Below, one piece after another: positions 39,003 to 48,761 of a stretch of DNA of 64,000 nt; the stretch's first letter is position 1, and every line of letters begins with the position of its first letter. The position numbers were made by a program, and so were the translations under genes. The notes beneath the pieces were generated by a model. That model was not told where the DNA came from. It searched no databases and was given only the letters and a program-made list of their open reading frames with translations. Where the stretch lies: positions 1,056,001-1,120,000 of the forward strand of contig CAWBMP010000004.1 in NCBI GenBank assembly GCA_963790025.1, given 5' to 3'. This DNA comes from Nitrospirota bacterium. Lineage in GTDB: Bacteria; Nitrospirota; Thermodesulfovibrionia; Thermodesulfovibrionales; Dissulfurispiraceae.

Positions 39003-39344
39003 TCATTTTCCTCGTCCGGTAGCCTGACCGCTTTCAAGCAGCATGCGTTGCTTTTCTATTTGTTTCACCGCCTCTAAATTAACGCCTGTCGGATTGTACT
39101 TATATATAAGCTCCCCTATGATTCCCAATGCCCGCTTCAGTTTGGCCCTGTCTTCAGGGTCTCTTATCATGTCATCCAAAAGCCCTTCGTAAGCTGCCAG
39201 GATTCTGGGCACATCGCTCGCGAGCTTTTGTTCCCTGTAGCTGCTGTAAAGATATCCCGTTCCTATCAGTGCCAGTATTAAAAGGAGGCTCCCCCATATA
39301 TGAACTGTTCCGCTTCGGTCACATAGAATTCTCATAAACAACAC
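39003..39344 (-). CDS. Hypothetical single-TM protein
   Basis: One hydrophobic helix then a helical soluble part. Confidence 0.55.
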   Translation of the reverse strand: MLFMRILCDRSGTVHIWGSLLLILALIGTGYLYSSYREQKLASDVPRILAAYEGLLDDMIRDPEDRAKLKRALGIIGELIYKYNPTGVNLEAVKQIEKQRMLLESGQATGRGK

Positions 39345-39787
39345 TCACCCGCCAATTTTATTGTTTTTGTTTGAATCACGACAAAATACCAATTTATAGA
39401 CAGGCACTATTTATAGGATATTACCGTTCACTTTTTATTCAACAGGAATACATAATGAAAGTGTGCAATTAATGGTGATGGACCATGTGATCGCGCATTT
39501 CATCGGTTTTATTTGGCACTTGGGTATCATGCCTCCCCTCCTGAATGTTCCTGGTGCCCCATGTGGCGGGAAGGTATCTCATGCTGAGCAGGACCGCCCA
39601 AAGCAGCACGATAACAATCAGAAATGCTTCTATTTTCACGCTGAGCATCAACCGGAAGGCAATCAGGCGTCCATCGACTCTTTGCTTCAGAGGCGCATAA
39701 ATATTAAGCGAATATAAGGGGAACCTATGGCAGCACAACAGACTTTAAATAAGGTAAAATAAATCATGAGTTATAAGGAGGGGCCGA

Positions 39788-40084
39788 ATGCTGACTAAAA
39801 CTTGGGGATTTTACATGATTTTGCTCTGCTCATTATTTTTTGCTTCGAGCGGCTGTACATCTGAGCACATAAGCTTATGGGATAGGCACTGTGCGGCTTG
39901 CCATGACGGGAAGACCGTTCTGAACAAGCACGTTGTTATTAGTAAGGAACAGATGAAGGAGAAATACAAAACGCTAAAAGAATTCTCAAATGCATGTTCA
40001 GGCACAACAGCTTGCATGAATATACTCAAGCACGACAATAAGTTATTTATTGAGGTGGGCGAGGAAATTGGGATAAAAGAGTAA
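39788..40084 (+). CDS. Small monoheme c-type cytochrome, possibly a lipoprotein
   Basis: AGGAGG RBS, signal with ASSG-C, CAACH heme motif. Confidence 0.75.
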   Translation: MLTKTWGFYMILLCSLFFASSGCTSEHISLWDRHCAACHDGKTVLNKHVVISKEQMKEKYKTLKEFSNACSGTTACMNILKHDNKLFIEVGEEIGIKE

Positions 40085-40408
40085 CTTATCATTGCATTTT
40101 CACCCCATAGGTGTTTCTGCTGAAGTAGTTTTTTAACCGAAAATTAACACTACTGTAATGTAAAACATGCATTTATTTTTTTAAACTGTCTGCTGCAAAC
40201 TACATACTTCAATTTATAACGTTAGCGCAACGGCATAAAGTAATTACGCCGGCCTGGCGGAAAACCACGGGCCGAAGGCCACGGTGCTTTATTTAATCAG
40301 ATTGCTCATTACAAGATAATTACGGCTAAGTTACATTTTCATTAAACTCCTGCCAGGTTTTTTTTAATTTCAGATAGAGTTTATTATTGCGAGCCCAAAA
40401 ATATTTAC

Positions 40409-40445
40409 TTGACAAGTATTTCAATATTTGATAATTTTTATTAAA
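40409..40445 (+). promoter_or_regulatory. sigma70 promoter with overlapping Fur/PerR-like box upstream of fprA
   Basis: TTGACA(40409)-17 nt-TAATTT with extended TG; TGATAATTTTTATTA 7-1-7-like motif. Confidence 0.5.
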
Positions 40446-40605
40446 TAATAATTAAAATAAACTGGCAATAAACTTCAAAAGAAGTTTTAAACTCCTGGTT
40501 TAAACCTACACAGAAAAGGAGCGGTAAATATGGTGGTGCAGGAAATTAAGTGCTATAATAATTTTGTCATGGCTTTTTCCATGACATAACAGTCTAAAAG
40601 GAGAT

Positions 40606-41826
40606 ATGGAGATGAAAGCGGTTGAGATCAAGAACGGCATTTATTGGGTGGGCGCAATTGATTGGGCAGTGCGTGATTTTCACGGCTATGTGACCCCCCG
40701 GGGAACGACCTACAATAACTATCTGATTATGGATGATGAAATCACTCTGCTTGATACGGTCAAGTACGATTTCGCTGATGCGACGATCAGGAACATACAA
40801 AGCGTTGTCGACCCCTCCAGAATCAAGCATGTGGTCATCAACCATATAGAAAATGACCATGTCACCAGTATAGGTGACATAATGAAGCTGACTCCCAATG
40901 CGACCATTTATATAACAGAAAAAGGCAGGAAGGGTCTTGAGAGGTTTTTTGATATATCCAGGTGGACTATAAAAACAGTAAAAACCGGTGACACACTCAA
41001 GATTGGCAAACGGACACTGCTCTTCCTGGAGACCCCTATGCTCCACTGGCCCGACTCCATGATGACTTATATAAAAGAGGAAAAGATACTGATCAGCCAG
41101 GATGCTTTCGGCCAGCATATCGCCTCTGCGGTGAGATTCGACGACGAATTCGTGTCGTGTCAGTCCATGGCCGAATTGGACGACGCCGTAAGAGATTATT
41201 ACGCCAATATCCTCATGCCCTTCGGACAGTTGATTAAGGCAAAGATCGCAGAGGTACAAAAGCTAGGCCTCAACATCGAGATTATTGCTCCCGACCATGG
41301 AATAATATGGAAACAGAATCCAAAAAAAGTCATGCAGATGTATCTTGATATGGCCAACGGCAAGGCGCATCTGAGAATTTCCATCATCTACGATACCATG
41401 TGGCACAGTACCGAACAGATGGCGTCGCCCATGATGCAGGGGGTCAAAGACGAGGGCGTTGAATGCAAAGTCATTAAATTACGTGCTACCCCCATGAGTG
41501 CCGCTATAACAGAATTTTGGAACTCCCGGGGCTGCCTAATAGGCACGCCGACCCTCAACAATATAATGTATCCTACAGTAGCCGAGTTTATAACCCATTT
41601 GAGGGGACTGCGCCCAAAAAACAGGATGATCGGCGCTTTTGGCAGTTACGGTTGGGGTGGCGGCGCCGTAAAAGAAGCATACGAGGAATTCAAGAGAATG
41701 GGCCTTGAGATTTATGAACCCGGATTGCAGGTACTGTACAAGCCTTCTTTGGAGGACGAGACTGCATGCTATAATTTCGCCAGGGAATTCGCCAGGCGGG
41801 TTAAAGAATACCACGAGAAATTTTAA
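40606..41826 (+). CDS. fprA: Flavodiiron protein (O2/NO reductase)
   Basis: GTTYNNYLI, NHIENDH, PMLHWPDSM, APDHG, flavodoxin YDTMWHST, AFGSYGWGG. Confidence 0.95.
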   Translation: MEMKAVEIKNGIYWVGAIDWAVRDFHGYVTPRGTTYNNYLIMDDEITLLDTVKYDFADATIRNIQSVVDPSRIKHVVINHIENDHVTSIGDIMKLTPNATIYITEKGRKGLERFFDISRWTIKTVKTGDTLKIGKRTLLFLETPMLHWPDSMMTYIKEEKILISQDAFGQHIASAVRFDDEFVSCQSMAELDDAVRDYYANILMPFGQLIKAKIAEVQKLGLNIEIIAPDHGIIWKQNPKKVMQMYLDMANGKAHLRISIIYDTMWHSTEQMASPMMQGVKDEGVECKVIKLRATPMSAAITEFWNSRGCLIGTPTLNNIMYPTVAEFITHLRGLRPKNRMIGAFGSYGWGGGAVKEAYEEFKRMGLEIYEPGLQVLYKPSLEDETACYNFAREFARRVKEYHEKF

Positions 41827-41842
41827 GGAGGACAGCACAACC

Positions 41843-42337
41843 ATGGGCAAAACTGAAAAAGATTTGATGGATGCGTTTGCAGGAGAGAGTCAGGCTAACA
41901 GAAAATACCTTGCCTTTGCAATGAAGGCGGAAGCGGAGGGCTACAAACAGATTGCCAAGCTGTTCCGCGCTGCTGCGGCAGCCGAAACCATCCACGCACA
42001 TAACCACCTCAGGACCGTCGGCGGCATCAAGACCACAAGAGAGAACCTGGAAGCGGCACTTAACGGCGAAGTTTATGAATTCCAGACGATGTATCCACAG
42101 ATGATCAATGATGCTCAGGCCGAAGACAACAAGGGAGCACTAAAAACATTTACCTATGCCAATGAAGTTGAAAAGGTCCATGCTGCGCTCTACAAAAAAG
42201 CAATAGATGAATTCGCCAAAAATACCGAGACTGACTATTACGTATGCGGTGTCTGCGGACACACCGTGGAAGGCGAGGCGCCTGACGAGTGCCCTGTTTG
42301 CAAAGCCAAGAAACAGGCATTTAAAAAAATCGAATAG
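41843..42337 (+). CDS. rbr: Rubrerythrin
   Basis: AFAGESQANRKY, ETIHA, EKVHA, C-terminal CGVCGH...CPVC; start moved to ATG 41843. Confidence 0.95.
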   Translation: MGKTEKDLMDAFAGESQANRKYLAFAMKAEAEGYKQIAKLFRAAAAAETIHAHNHLRTVGGIKTTRENLEAALNGEVYEFQTMYPQMINDAQAEDNKGALKTFTYANEVEKVHAALYKKAIDEFAKNTETDYYVCGVCGHTVEGEAPDECPVCKAKKQAFKKIE

Positions 42338-42346
42338 CATAACCAT

Positions 42347-43870
42347 ATGAGAGTTTATCTTTTTCCCGTTATATGCCTGCTATCCTTGCTGTCGGCATTC
42401 AATTCATTTGCTGCCGATATCAATGTGGAAGCGCTGTCTGCGACCAACCTGAGTCCCGAGACCCAGGCATGCATAAGTTGTCATTATGAATACACACCCG
42501 GAATTGTACTGGACTGGCTGTCGAGCCGGCATTCGAAGACACTTCCGGCAGACGCAATAAAAAAACCCGAGCTTGAGCGCAGGATTTCCGTGGAAGCGCT
42601 TCCGCCCAGTCTGGCAAACTATTTCGTCGGGTGCTATGAATGCCACACCCTCAACACCAAAAAACACAAAGACAATTTCGAACATATGGGCTTCAGAATA
42701 AACGTGATAGTGAGCCCGAACGATTGCAAGACATGCCACCCAGCCGAAGCAGATCAATTTGCCGGTTCAAAGAAAGCCAATGCCAGAAAAAATCTGATGG
42801 CAAATTCCGTCTACCATACTTTGGTGAGCACTATCACCGGGGTAAAGGAGCTTCGGAACAAAAAGCTTGTGTCAAAGGAACCCTCTGCCGCAACTCTTCA
42901 GGATTCCTGTCTCGGCTGCCACGGAACATCGGTTGAAGTTAAAGGTCTGAAGCAGGTCGCCGTGAAGATGGGAGAAATCACGGTCCCGAACCTCACTAAT
43001 TGGCCCAACCAGGGCGTTGGCAGGGAAAATCCTGATGGGAGCCTCGGCACATGCTCGGCATGCCATGCCAGGCACAGTTTCTCCATTGAGGTGGCCAGGA
43101 CCCCCTATACCTGCTCGCAATGTCATATGGAGCCTGACGTCCCTGCCTGGGATGTATACAAAGAGAGCAAGCACGGGAATATATTTTTTTCCAAATATCG
43201 CGAGTGGGATTTGAACGCAGTACCCTGGGTTGCAGGAAAGGATTTCAAAACACCAACCTGCGCCGTCTGCCATAACAGTCTTATTGCGACACCCAACGGA
43301 AACGTGATTGCCGGACGGACCCATGATTTCGGGTCGCGTTTGTGGGTCAGGATATTCGGCCTGATTTACAGCCATCCGCAGCCTATATCCGGGGATACAA
43401 CAATCATACGAAATAAAGACGGCCTGCCGCTGCCGTCGACGTTCGGAGGAGAGCTTGCGTCCGGGTATCTCATCGACAGGGAGGAGCAGGACAGGAGACA
43501 AAAGGCCATGAAAGCAGTATGCAGCGGCTGTCATAGTTCCGATTGGATAAATGGTCACTTTGCAAAATTCGACAGCACAGTCAAAGAGACTGACGCGATG
43601 GTGCATACGGCAACTGAACTGATGACGAATGCATGGACCAATAAACTTGAAGACCCGTCCAATCCGTTCGATGAGAGTATAGAGAAAATGTGGGTCAGCC
43701 AGTGGCTGTTCTACGCTAATTCCATACGCTATGCCTCTGCCATGACCGGCGCTCCCGATTATACGGCCTTCAAGTTAGGATGGTGGGATATGACAGATAA
43801 TCTCAGGAATATGCAGGATATGATCGATTTTAAAAAACAGCTAAAAAAGAAGGGACCCAAGAAAGAATGA
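42347..43870 (+). CDS. Octaheme cytochrome c, hydroxylamine-oxidoreductase-like family
   Basis: Signal peptide; eight CxxCH (CISCH, CYECH, CKTCH, CLGCH, CSACH, CSQCH, CAVCH, CSGCH); WPNQGVGR.NPDGS.G.C and ESKHG motifs. Confidence 0.85.
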   Translation: MRVYLFPVICLLSLLSAFNSFAADINVEALSATNLSPETQACISCHYEYTPGIVLDWLSSRHSKTLPADAIKKPELERRISVEALPPSLANYFVGCYECHTLNTKKHKDNFEHMGFRINVIVSPNDCKTCHPAEADQFAGSKKANARKNLMANSVYHTLVSTITGVKELRNKKLVSKEPSAATLQDSCLGCHGTSVEVKGLKQVAVKMGEITVPNLTNWPNQGVGRENPDGSLGTCSACHARHSFSIEVARTPYTCSQCHMEPDVPAWDVYKESKHGNIFFSKYREWDLNAVPWVAGKDFKTPTCAVCHNSLIATPNGNVIAGRTHDFGSRLWVRIFGLIYSHPQPISGDTTIIRNKDGLPLPSTFGGELASGYLIDREEQDRRQKAMKAVCSGCHSSDWINGHFAKFDSTVKETDAMVHTATELMTNAWTNKLEDPSNPFDESIEKMWVSQWLFYANSIRYASAMTGAPDYTAFKLGWWDMTDNLRNMQDMIDFKKQLKKKGPKKE

Positions 43871-44439
43871 AGATAGTGGCATTTTTAGGCAGCCCCCGCG
43901 TTGATGGCAATTCGGATATTATGTTGAGAGAGGCGCTCAAGGCAGTTGAGGGCACAACACATGATACGCGGATTTTCAAACTCAATACTATGAAGATAAA
44001 ACCTTGCCAGAACTGCGGCTGCTGTGATGAAGCGGGCATATGCGTTATAAAGGATGAGATGGAGGAAATAAAAGGGGCGATCCGTGAGGCTGACCGCATT
44101 ATTCTTGCCGCACCTATTTTTTTCTTCGGGCTTAGCGCCCAATCGAAAATCATGATTGACCGCTGCCAATCCTTCTGGTGTGAAAAATACTTGTTAAAAA
44201 AGACCATCCCCCCGGGCCCACAGGGAAGAAAAGGGCTGCTCATGCTTGTCGGGGGCATGAAAAAAGATATAGGCATTCAATGCTCGGAAACCACTGCTAA
44301 GGCTTTTTTCAGGACTATCAGCGTTCCTGAACATGAGACGCTGGCCTTCCTGGGGGTTGACGCAAAAGGTGAGATTCGCAACCACCCTACGGCCCTTACT
44401 GATGCTTTCGAGGCGGTAAAAAGATTAATAGCGTTATAG
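43867..44439 (+). CDS. Iron-sulfur flavoprotein / NADPH-dependent FMN reductase family
   Basis: GSPR..GNS, PCQNCGCC....C.IKD, AAPIFF. Confidence 0.9.
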   Translation: MKIVAFLGSPRVDGNSDIMLREALKAVEGTTHDTRIFKLNTMKIKPCQNCGCCDEAGICVIKDEMEEIKGAIREADRIILAAPIFFFGLSAQSKIMIDRCQSFWCEKYLLKKTIPPGPQGRKGLLMLVGGMKKDIGIQCSETTAKAFFRTISVPEHETLAFLGVDAKGEIRNHPTALTDAFEAVKRLIAL

Positions 44440-44456
44440 CGTTAAAGGAGGAGACC

Positions 44457-44777
44457 ATGTCGGAGTTACCAGGGCAGTATAAGAGCATTGTCAAGAGATT
44501 TAAGAAGTACACCAGGGCTGTTGAAAACCTCGGGAAAGCGGCTAAGGAGGCAGGCCCTATCGATGACAAGACATCTCATTTAATCCAGCTGGCAGCTGCC
44601 GCTGCCATAAGATCAGAGGGCTCCGTCCATTCTCATGCCCGGAGGGCGTTGCAGGCTGGCGCTTCCGTGGATGAATTGCATCATGCAATCATACTGCTGT
44701 CAAGCACTATAGGGTTCCCGACTGTATCCGCAGCATTGAGCTGGGTTGATGATGTGATAAAAAAGGATAGGGGCTGA
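44457..44777 (+). CDS. Carboxymuconolactone decarboxylase (CMD/AhpD-like) protein
   Basis: GPIDDKT.HLIQLA....SEG.VHSHARRAL..GAS..E...TIGFP. Confidence 0.88.
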   Translation: MSELPGQYKSIVKRFKKYTRAVENLGKAAKEAGPIDDKTSHLIQLAAAAAIRSEGSVHSHARRALQAGASVDELHHAIILLSSTIGFPTVSAALSWVDDVIKKDRG

Positions 44778-45731
44778 TTGCAACTTCCACATCCTGACTA
44801 TATACAATTTTTCCCTACCCTTAATTGCAACCTGCACTGCGGTTTCTGTTTTAACAGGGGGTTGAATACGGACAGCGAAATTACCTCAGACAGTTTTGAG
44901 AGGCTCGCTGGAATAATACTTGATGCCGGGATATGTGAGATAGATATCCTGGGCGGCGAGCCTTCGCTTCATCCTGATATTGTCCGGCTCATCGACATCG
45001 CTGCAACGCTCAAGCTCAGGTTGAACCTGAGCACCAACGGCACAAATGTCGCCATACTGGAGCGCCTGTCTGAAACATATGGCAAGGGCATTGTTAATAT
45101 AGGCATCTCGCTTAACGGCAACCGCGTGACCAAAGAACTCGAAAACTACATTTTCAAGCACCGGCCCCTGCTTAAAACCATCTATAAAAAAACAGGATTG
45201 CCGTCGCAGGCTATCCGTTACCTCGGTTTGACGGAAACAACCTATTATCTGCTATATATGGATGCCGTTAACAAAAGCGATCTTTTGGAGAGCTTGCATT
45301 TCTCTCATTATTATAAACAACTTTCTGATCTGCGATGCAAATACGACAATATAGCCGGAGTTTACTGCGGAGGCTTTATTCCCGATATCGGAAGTCAACC
45401 ATTGTTAAGAGACGTCAGGTGCCCTGCAGGGACCACAAAACTCTCCGTTCTTCCCGATGGTTCGGTCTACCCCTGCTATCTTTTTTTCAGACATAATGAA
45501 TTCAGACTGGGCAATATTTTGACAGATAGATTTGAGAATATCTGGTGCAATCCAACACTAGACTTTTTCAGGACATTCCACGGCAATAAATGTCCCGATA
45601 AAAACTGTGAATTGTTTTCAAAATGCCACGGCGGATGTCCCGCGGTAAGTCTCTTGATCTGCGGCGATATCGCTGCTCCTGACCCGCGGTGTGTCAGGAG
45701 CCCGCTGCCTTATCTAACCGATTACAACTGA
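44778..45731 (+). CDS. Radical SAM protein with SPASM domain
   Basis: CNLHCGFC, GGEP, STNG; CPAG....PDGSVYPC...C...C.GGCPA. Confidence 0.9.
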   Translation: MQLPHPDYIQFFPTLNCNLHCGFCFNRGLNTDSEITSDSFERLAGIILDAGICEIDILGGEPSLHPDIVRLIDIAATLKLRLNLSTNGTNVAILERLSETYGKGIVNIGISLNGNRVTKELENYIFKHRPLLKTIYKKTGLPSQAIRYLGLTETTYYLLYMDAVNKSDLLESLHFSHYYKQLSDLRCKYDNIAGVYCGGFIPDIGSQPLLRDVRCPAGTTKLSVLPDGSVYPCYLFFRHNEFRLGNILTDRFENIWCNPTLDFFRTFHGNKCPDKNCELFSKCHGGCPAVSLLICGDIAAPDPRCVRSPLPYLTDYN

Positions 45732-47096
45732 CGGTATAATCCCGATAACAAATACCATCACGACTGTGATAACGAGGGCCAATCCCAGGGTCGGAGAAGG
45801 GCTTATTCCGGCCTCTCCTGTCGGCTCCTTCATATACATGTTCATCACTACCCTCAAGTAGTAATAAGCTGAAATGGAGCTGAATATGACGGCAATAACG
45901 ACAACCCATGTGTATCCGGCGTTTATTGCCGCCATAAATATATTGAATTTTCCAATGAATCCTGCCGTCGGCGGTATGCCCGTAAGCGAGAACATAAAGA
46001 CGAGCATTAACGCCGCGACAATCGGCCGGCTCTTTGCCAGGCCTTCGTAGTCTTTTATTTCTTCTCCCTTGTCCAGCATTATGACAACCGCAAATGCGCC
46101 CATATTCATAAAAGCGTAAATAAGCATGTAAGTCATCATTGCATGCCGTCCAGCCTCGGTTCCGGCGATAACTCCGATGAGCATATAGCCAGCATGAGCG
46201 ATCGACGAATAGGCAAGCATTCTTTTTATATTAGTCTGCGAAATGGCAAGTATGTTCCCTACTGCCATGGTCAGAATTGCAATCCCGATAAGCAAGGGGG
46301 TCCAATCAGCCTGCACGTTCTGGAAAGCCACGTAGAATACCCTCCCTATAACCGCAAAGCCAGCGGCCTTTGGGCCAACAGACATAAAGGCTGTTATGGA
46401 TGTGGGTGCACCCTCATAAACATCGGGGGCCCACATGTGAAATGGCGCAGCGGCTATCTTAAAGGAAAAAGCGACCGCAATAAGCACCATGCTCAGCAGC
46501 AGGGTGGTGGATACTTCGGTCTGCTTCAGTTGTTCTGCTATTTTGTACAGGTCCGTTGTAGTGGTAAGGCCGTAGATGAGTGATATTCCGTAGAGGAGCA
46601 AGGCTGATGAAAATGCCCCGAGAAGAAAATACTTCAGCGCCGCCTCGTTAGACTTGATATCATGACGCTTAATTCCGGCAAGAACATATGTACTCAGCGC
46701 CATAAGCTCAAGGCCAAGATAAAGTACAATAAAGTCCCTTGCCGATGCCATGATCATCATGCCGGTGGTAGCGAACAGAAGAAGGCTGTAATACTCTCCG
46801 TATTCGGCTTCCTGCCGCTGGAGATACTTCAGAGAAATCAGTATGGTCAGCACGAGGTTGATAAGGAAAATAACTTTGAAATACATGCTGTAATTGTCGC
46901 TAATAAACATACCTCCGAATGTCTCCCCGTAGCTGCAGGGCAGAACATAGAAGGTTGCAGCCGCAGCAATAATTCCGACAAGCGCGAGGACACCCTTGTT
47001 CTTGAAAACAAGCTCCATCATAAGGAGCAGCATTGCTGCAACGGACAATATGATTTCCGGCATCAGCGGCGACAGATTAGGAAACGGAATGTTCAT
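45714..47096 (-). CDS. nuoN: NADH-quinone oxidoreductase subunit N
   Basis: EAALKYFLLG, FKIAAAPFHMWAPDVYEGAP. Confidence 0.95.
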   Translation of the reverse strand: MNIPFPNLSPLMPEIILSVAAMLLLMMELVFKNKGVLALVGIIAAAATFYVLPCSYGETFGGMFISDNYSMYFKVIFLINLVLTILISLKYLQRQEAEYGEYYSLLLFATTGMMIMASARDFIVLYLGLELMALSTYVLAGIKRHDIKSNEAALKYFLLGAFSSALLLYGISLIYGLTTTTDLYKIAEQLKQTEVSTTLLLSMVLIAVAFSFKIAAAPFHMWAPDVYEGAPTSITAFMSVGPKAAGFAVIGRVFYVAFQNVQADWTPLLIGIAILTMAVGNILAISQTNIKRMLAYSSIAHAGYMLIGVIAGTEAGRHAMMTYMLIYAFMNMGAFAVVIMLDKGEEIKDYEGLAKSRPIVAALMLVFMFSLTGIPPTAGFIGKFNIFMAAINAGYTWVVVIAVIFSSISAYYYLRVVMNMYMKEPTGEAGISPSPTLGLALVITVVMVFVIGIIPSVVIG

Positions 47097-48601
47097 TGTA
47101 TCACCTCAATTATATGCTGCGCCACATTCTGACACCCGGCCGTGTTTATCCGCTCGATCAGATGCTGCACTGATACATCCATAAAACTTAAAAACGTATT
47201 GGGATACACTCCTATCCAGAACACCAGGATAATGAGCGGAGCAAGCGTTAAGATTTCCCTCACATCTATGTCCTTGAAACCCTGAACCTTGGGATTGACC
47301 TCCAGGAAAAAGACCCTCTGGTAGAGCCAGAGCATGTATCCGGCGCCGATTATTATTCCGGTTGCCGAGAGAGCGCCTAATGTCTTTGATGCGGTAAAGC
47401 CCCCTAGGATTATGAGAAATTCACCGACAAAGCCGTTTGTACTCGGAAGCCCTATCGAGGCAAGGGTAAACACAATAAAGAGTGCGGAGTAAACAGGAAA
47501 TACCGTCGCCACACCGCCGTAGTCGGCAATCTGTCTCGTGTGGGTCCTGTCATAAATCATACCTATGCTCAAAAACAGTCCGCCCGTTACAATCCCATGA
47601 TTGAGCATCTGAAGTATTCCGCCTTGCAACCCCTGCATATTAAGCGCGAAGATGCCGAGTGTGACAAAGCCCATATGGCTCACGGAGCTATAAGCGATAA
47701 GCCTTTTCATATCGGTTTGACCAAGGCAGATTACTGCGCCGTAAATAATAGCTATTACCGACATGACCATCATTGCCGGCGCCATGGCCTTTGTAGCTTC
47801 GGGCAGTATAGGCATGCTGAATCTCAGGAAGCCGTATGCACCCATCTTTATGAGAATGCCAGCGAGGATAACGCTTCCTGCTGTCGGGGCCTCGGTGTGA
47901 GCATCCGGCAGCCAGGTGTGAACCGGGAACATGGGCACTTTCACGGCAAATGCCGCAAAAAAAGCCCAGAAAAGCATGACCTGGAGATTAAAGGGATAAT
48001 TGGTTGTCATCATTTGCAGTATATCGAAGCTCTTTCCAGTATTAAGATAGAGGACGATAATGCCTATAAGCATAAGCACGCTGCCCACAAGTGTAAATAG
48101 GAAAAATTTGATGGCAGCATATATCCTTTTCGGCCCTCCCCATACCCCTATCAGAAGGTACATGGGGATAAGCATTGCCTCCCAGAAAATATAGAAGAGG
48201 AACAGATCGAGGCTGCAGAATACTCCTATCATCGACCCTTCGATAAGAAGCAGCGCGGCAAAGAATTCTTTCGTTTTTTGTTTCACACTTTTCCACGATA
48301 CGGTGACGCAGAGAATAGACAACAGCGTTGAGAGGAGAACGAACAGGACGCTTATTCCGTCCACGCCCAGGGTATAGTTTATCCTCCATGCGGGGATCCA
48401 TCGATATTTCTCTACAAACTGCATGGCGGCCGTTGTTTTATTGAAGGTGCAGAAAAGAGGCAAGCTCAGCGCAAAATTGATTATACTGAAGGCCAGCGCC
48501 GTCCATTTTATCAGTCCTTCGTTAGACCTCTGCATTAGTAAGATAAGCAGCGCACCCGCTATGGGCAGGAATATGACTGTGCTTAAAATCGGGTAATCCA
48601 T
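47093..48601 (-). CDS. nuoM: NADH-quinone oxidoreductase subunit M
   Basis: FWEAMLIPM, VKVPMFPVHTWLPDAHTEAP. Confidence 0.95.
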   Translation of the reverse strand: MDYPILSTVIFLPIAGALLILLMQRSNEGLIKWTALAFSIINFALSLPLFCTFNKTTAAMQFVEKYRWIPAWRINYTLGVDGISVLFVLLSTLLSILCVTVSWKSVKQKTKEFFAALLLIEGSMIGVFCSLDLFLFYIFWEAMLIPMYLLIGVWGGPKRIYAAIKFFLFTLVGSVLMLIGIIVLYLNTGKSFDILQMMTTNYPFNLQVMLFWAFFAAFAVKVPMFPVHTWLPDAHTEAPTAGSVILAGILIKMGAYGFLRFSMPILPEATKAMAPAMMVMSVIAIIYGAVICLGQTDMKRLIAYSSVSHMGFVTLGIFALNMQGLQGGILQMLNHGIVTGGLFLSIGMIYDRTHTRQIADYGGVATVFPVYSALFIVFTLASIGLPSTNGFVGEFLIILGGFTASKTLGALSATGIIIGAGYMLWLYQRVFFLEVNPKVQGFKDIDVREILTLAPLIILVFWIGVYPNTFLSFMDVSVQHLIERINTAGCQNVAQHIIEVIQ

Positions 48602-48614
48602 CTATCCTCCTCAG

Positions 48615-48740
48615 TGACGGTTTCGTAAAAAGCCCATATACTGCGTTGCCCTTCACACTTCGTCACTGCAACGTACTTACAGTACGTCTCATTCCTCAGT
48701 GTTCGTACGCCTTGTCTATGGCCTTTTTACAAAACCGTCA
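48615..48740. repeat. 126-bp MITE/REP-like element with 18-bp terminal inverted repeats
   Basis: TGACGGTTTCGTAAAAAG ... CTTTTTACAAAACCGTCA (17/18 match), internal ACGTAC...GTACGT hairpin; between nuoL and nuoM. Confidence 0.75.
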
Positions 48741-48761
48741 TAATTCATAATTCCTGATTAA

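Larger units (their letters stand above)
2865..39344 (-). mobile_element. ICE-derived accessory island: reduced F-type T4SS genes, type IV pilus cluster, signalling cargo and regulatory head; boundaries approximate
   Basis: Co-oriented tra-like and pil-like genes, RAQPRD-family gene, ParB-like/XRE switch and TA module between core-looking genes; no integrase, relaxase or att repeat recognised. Confidence 0.6.

Noticed and set aside
39463..39738. Small overlapping ORFs on both strands
   Set aside because: No motif or clear RBS; cannot choose a strand, although the minus ORF has one hydrophobic stretch.
40225..40300. Second GEMM-like motif (GGCGGAAAACCACGGGCC) upstream of fprA
   Set aside because: Only the central motif matches; no recognisable P2 arm or 3' GGTTGCC closure.
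40594..41259. 221-aa minus-strand ORF (also 42872..43606, 11216..11818, 47540..48100)
   Set aside because: Antisense shadows of well-supported genes.
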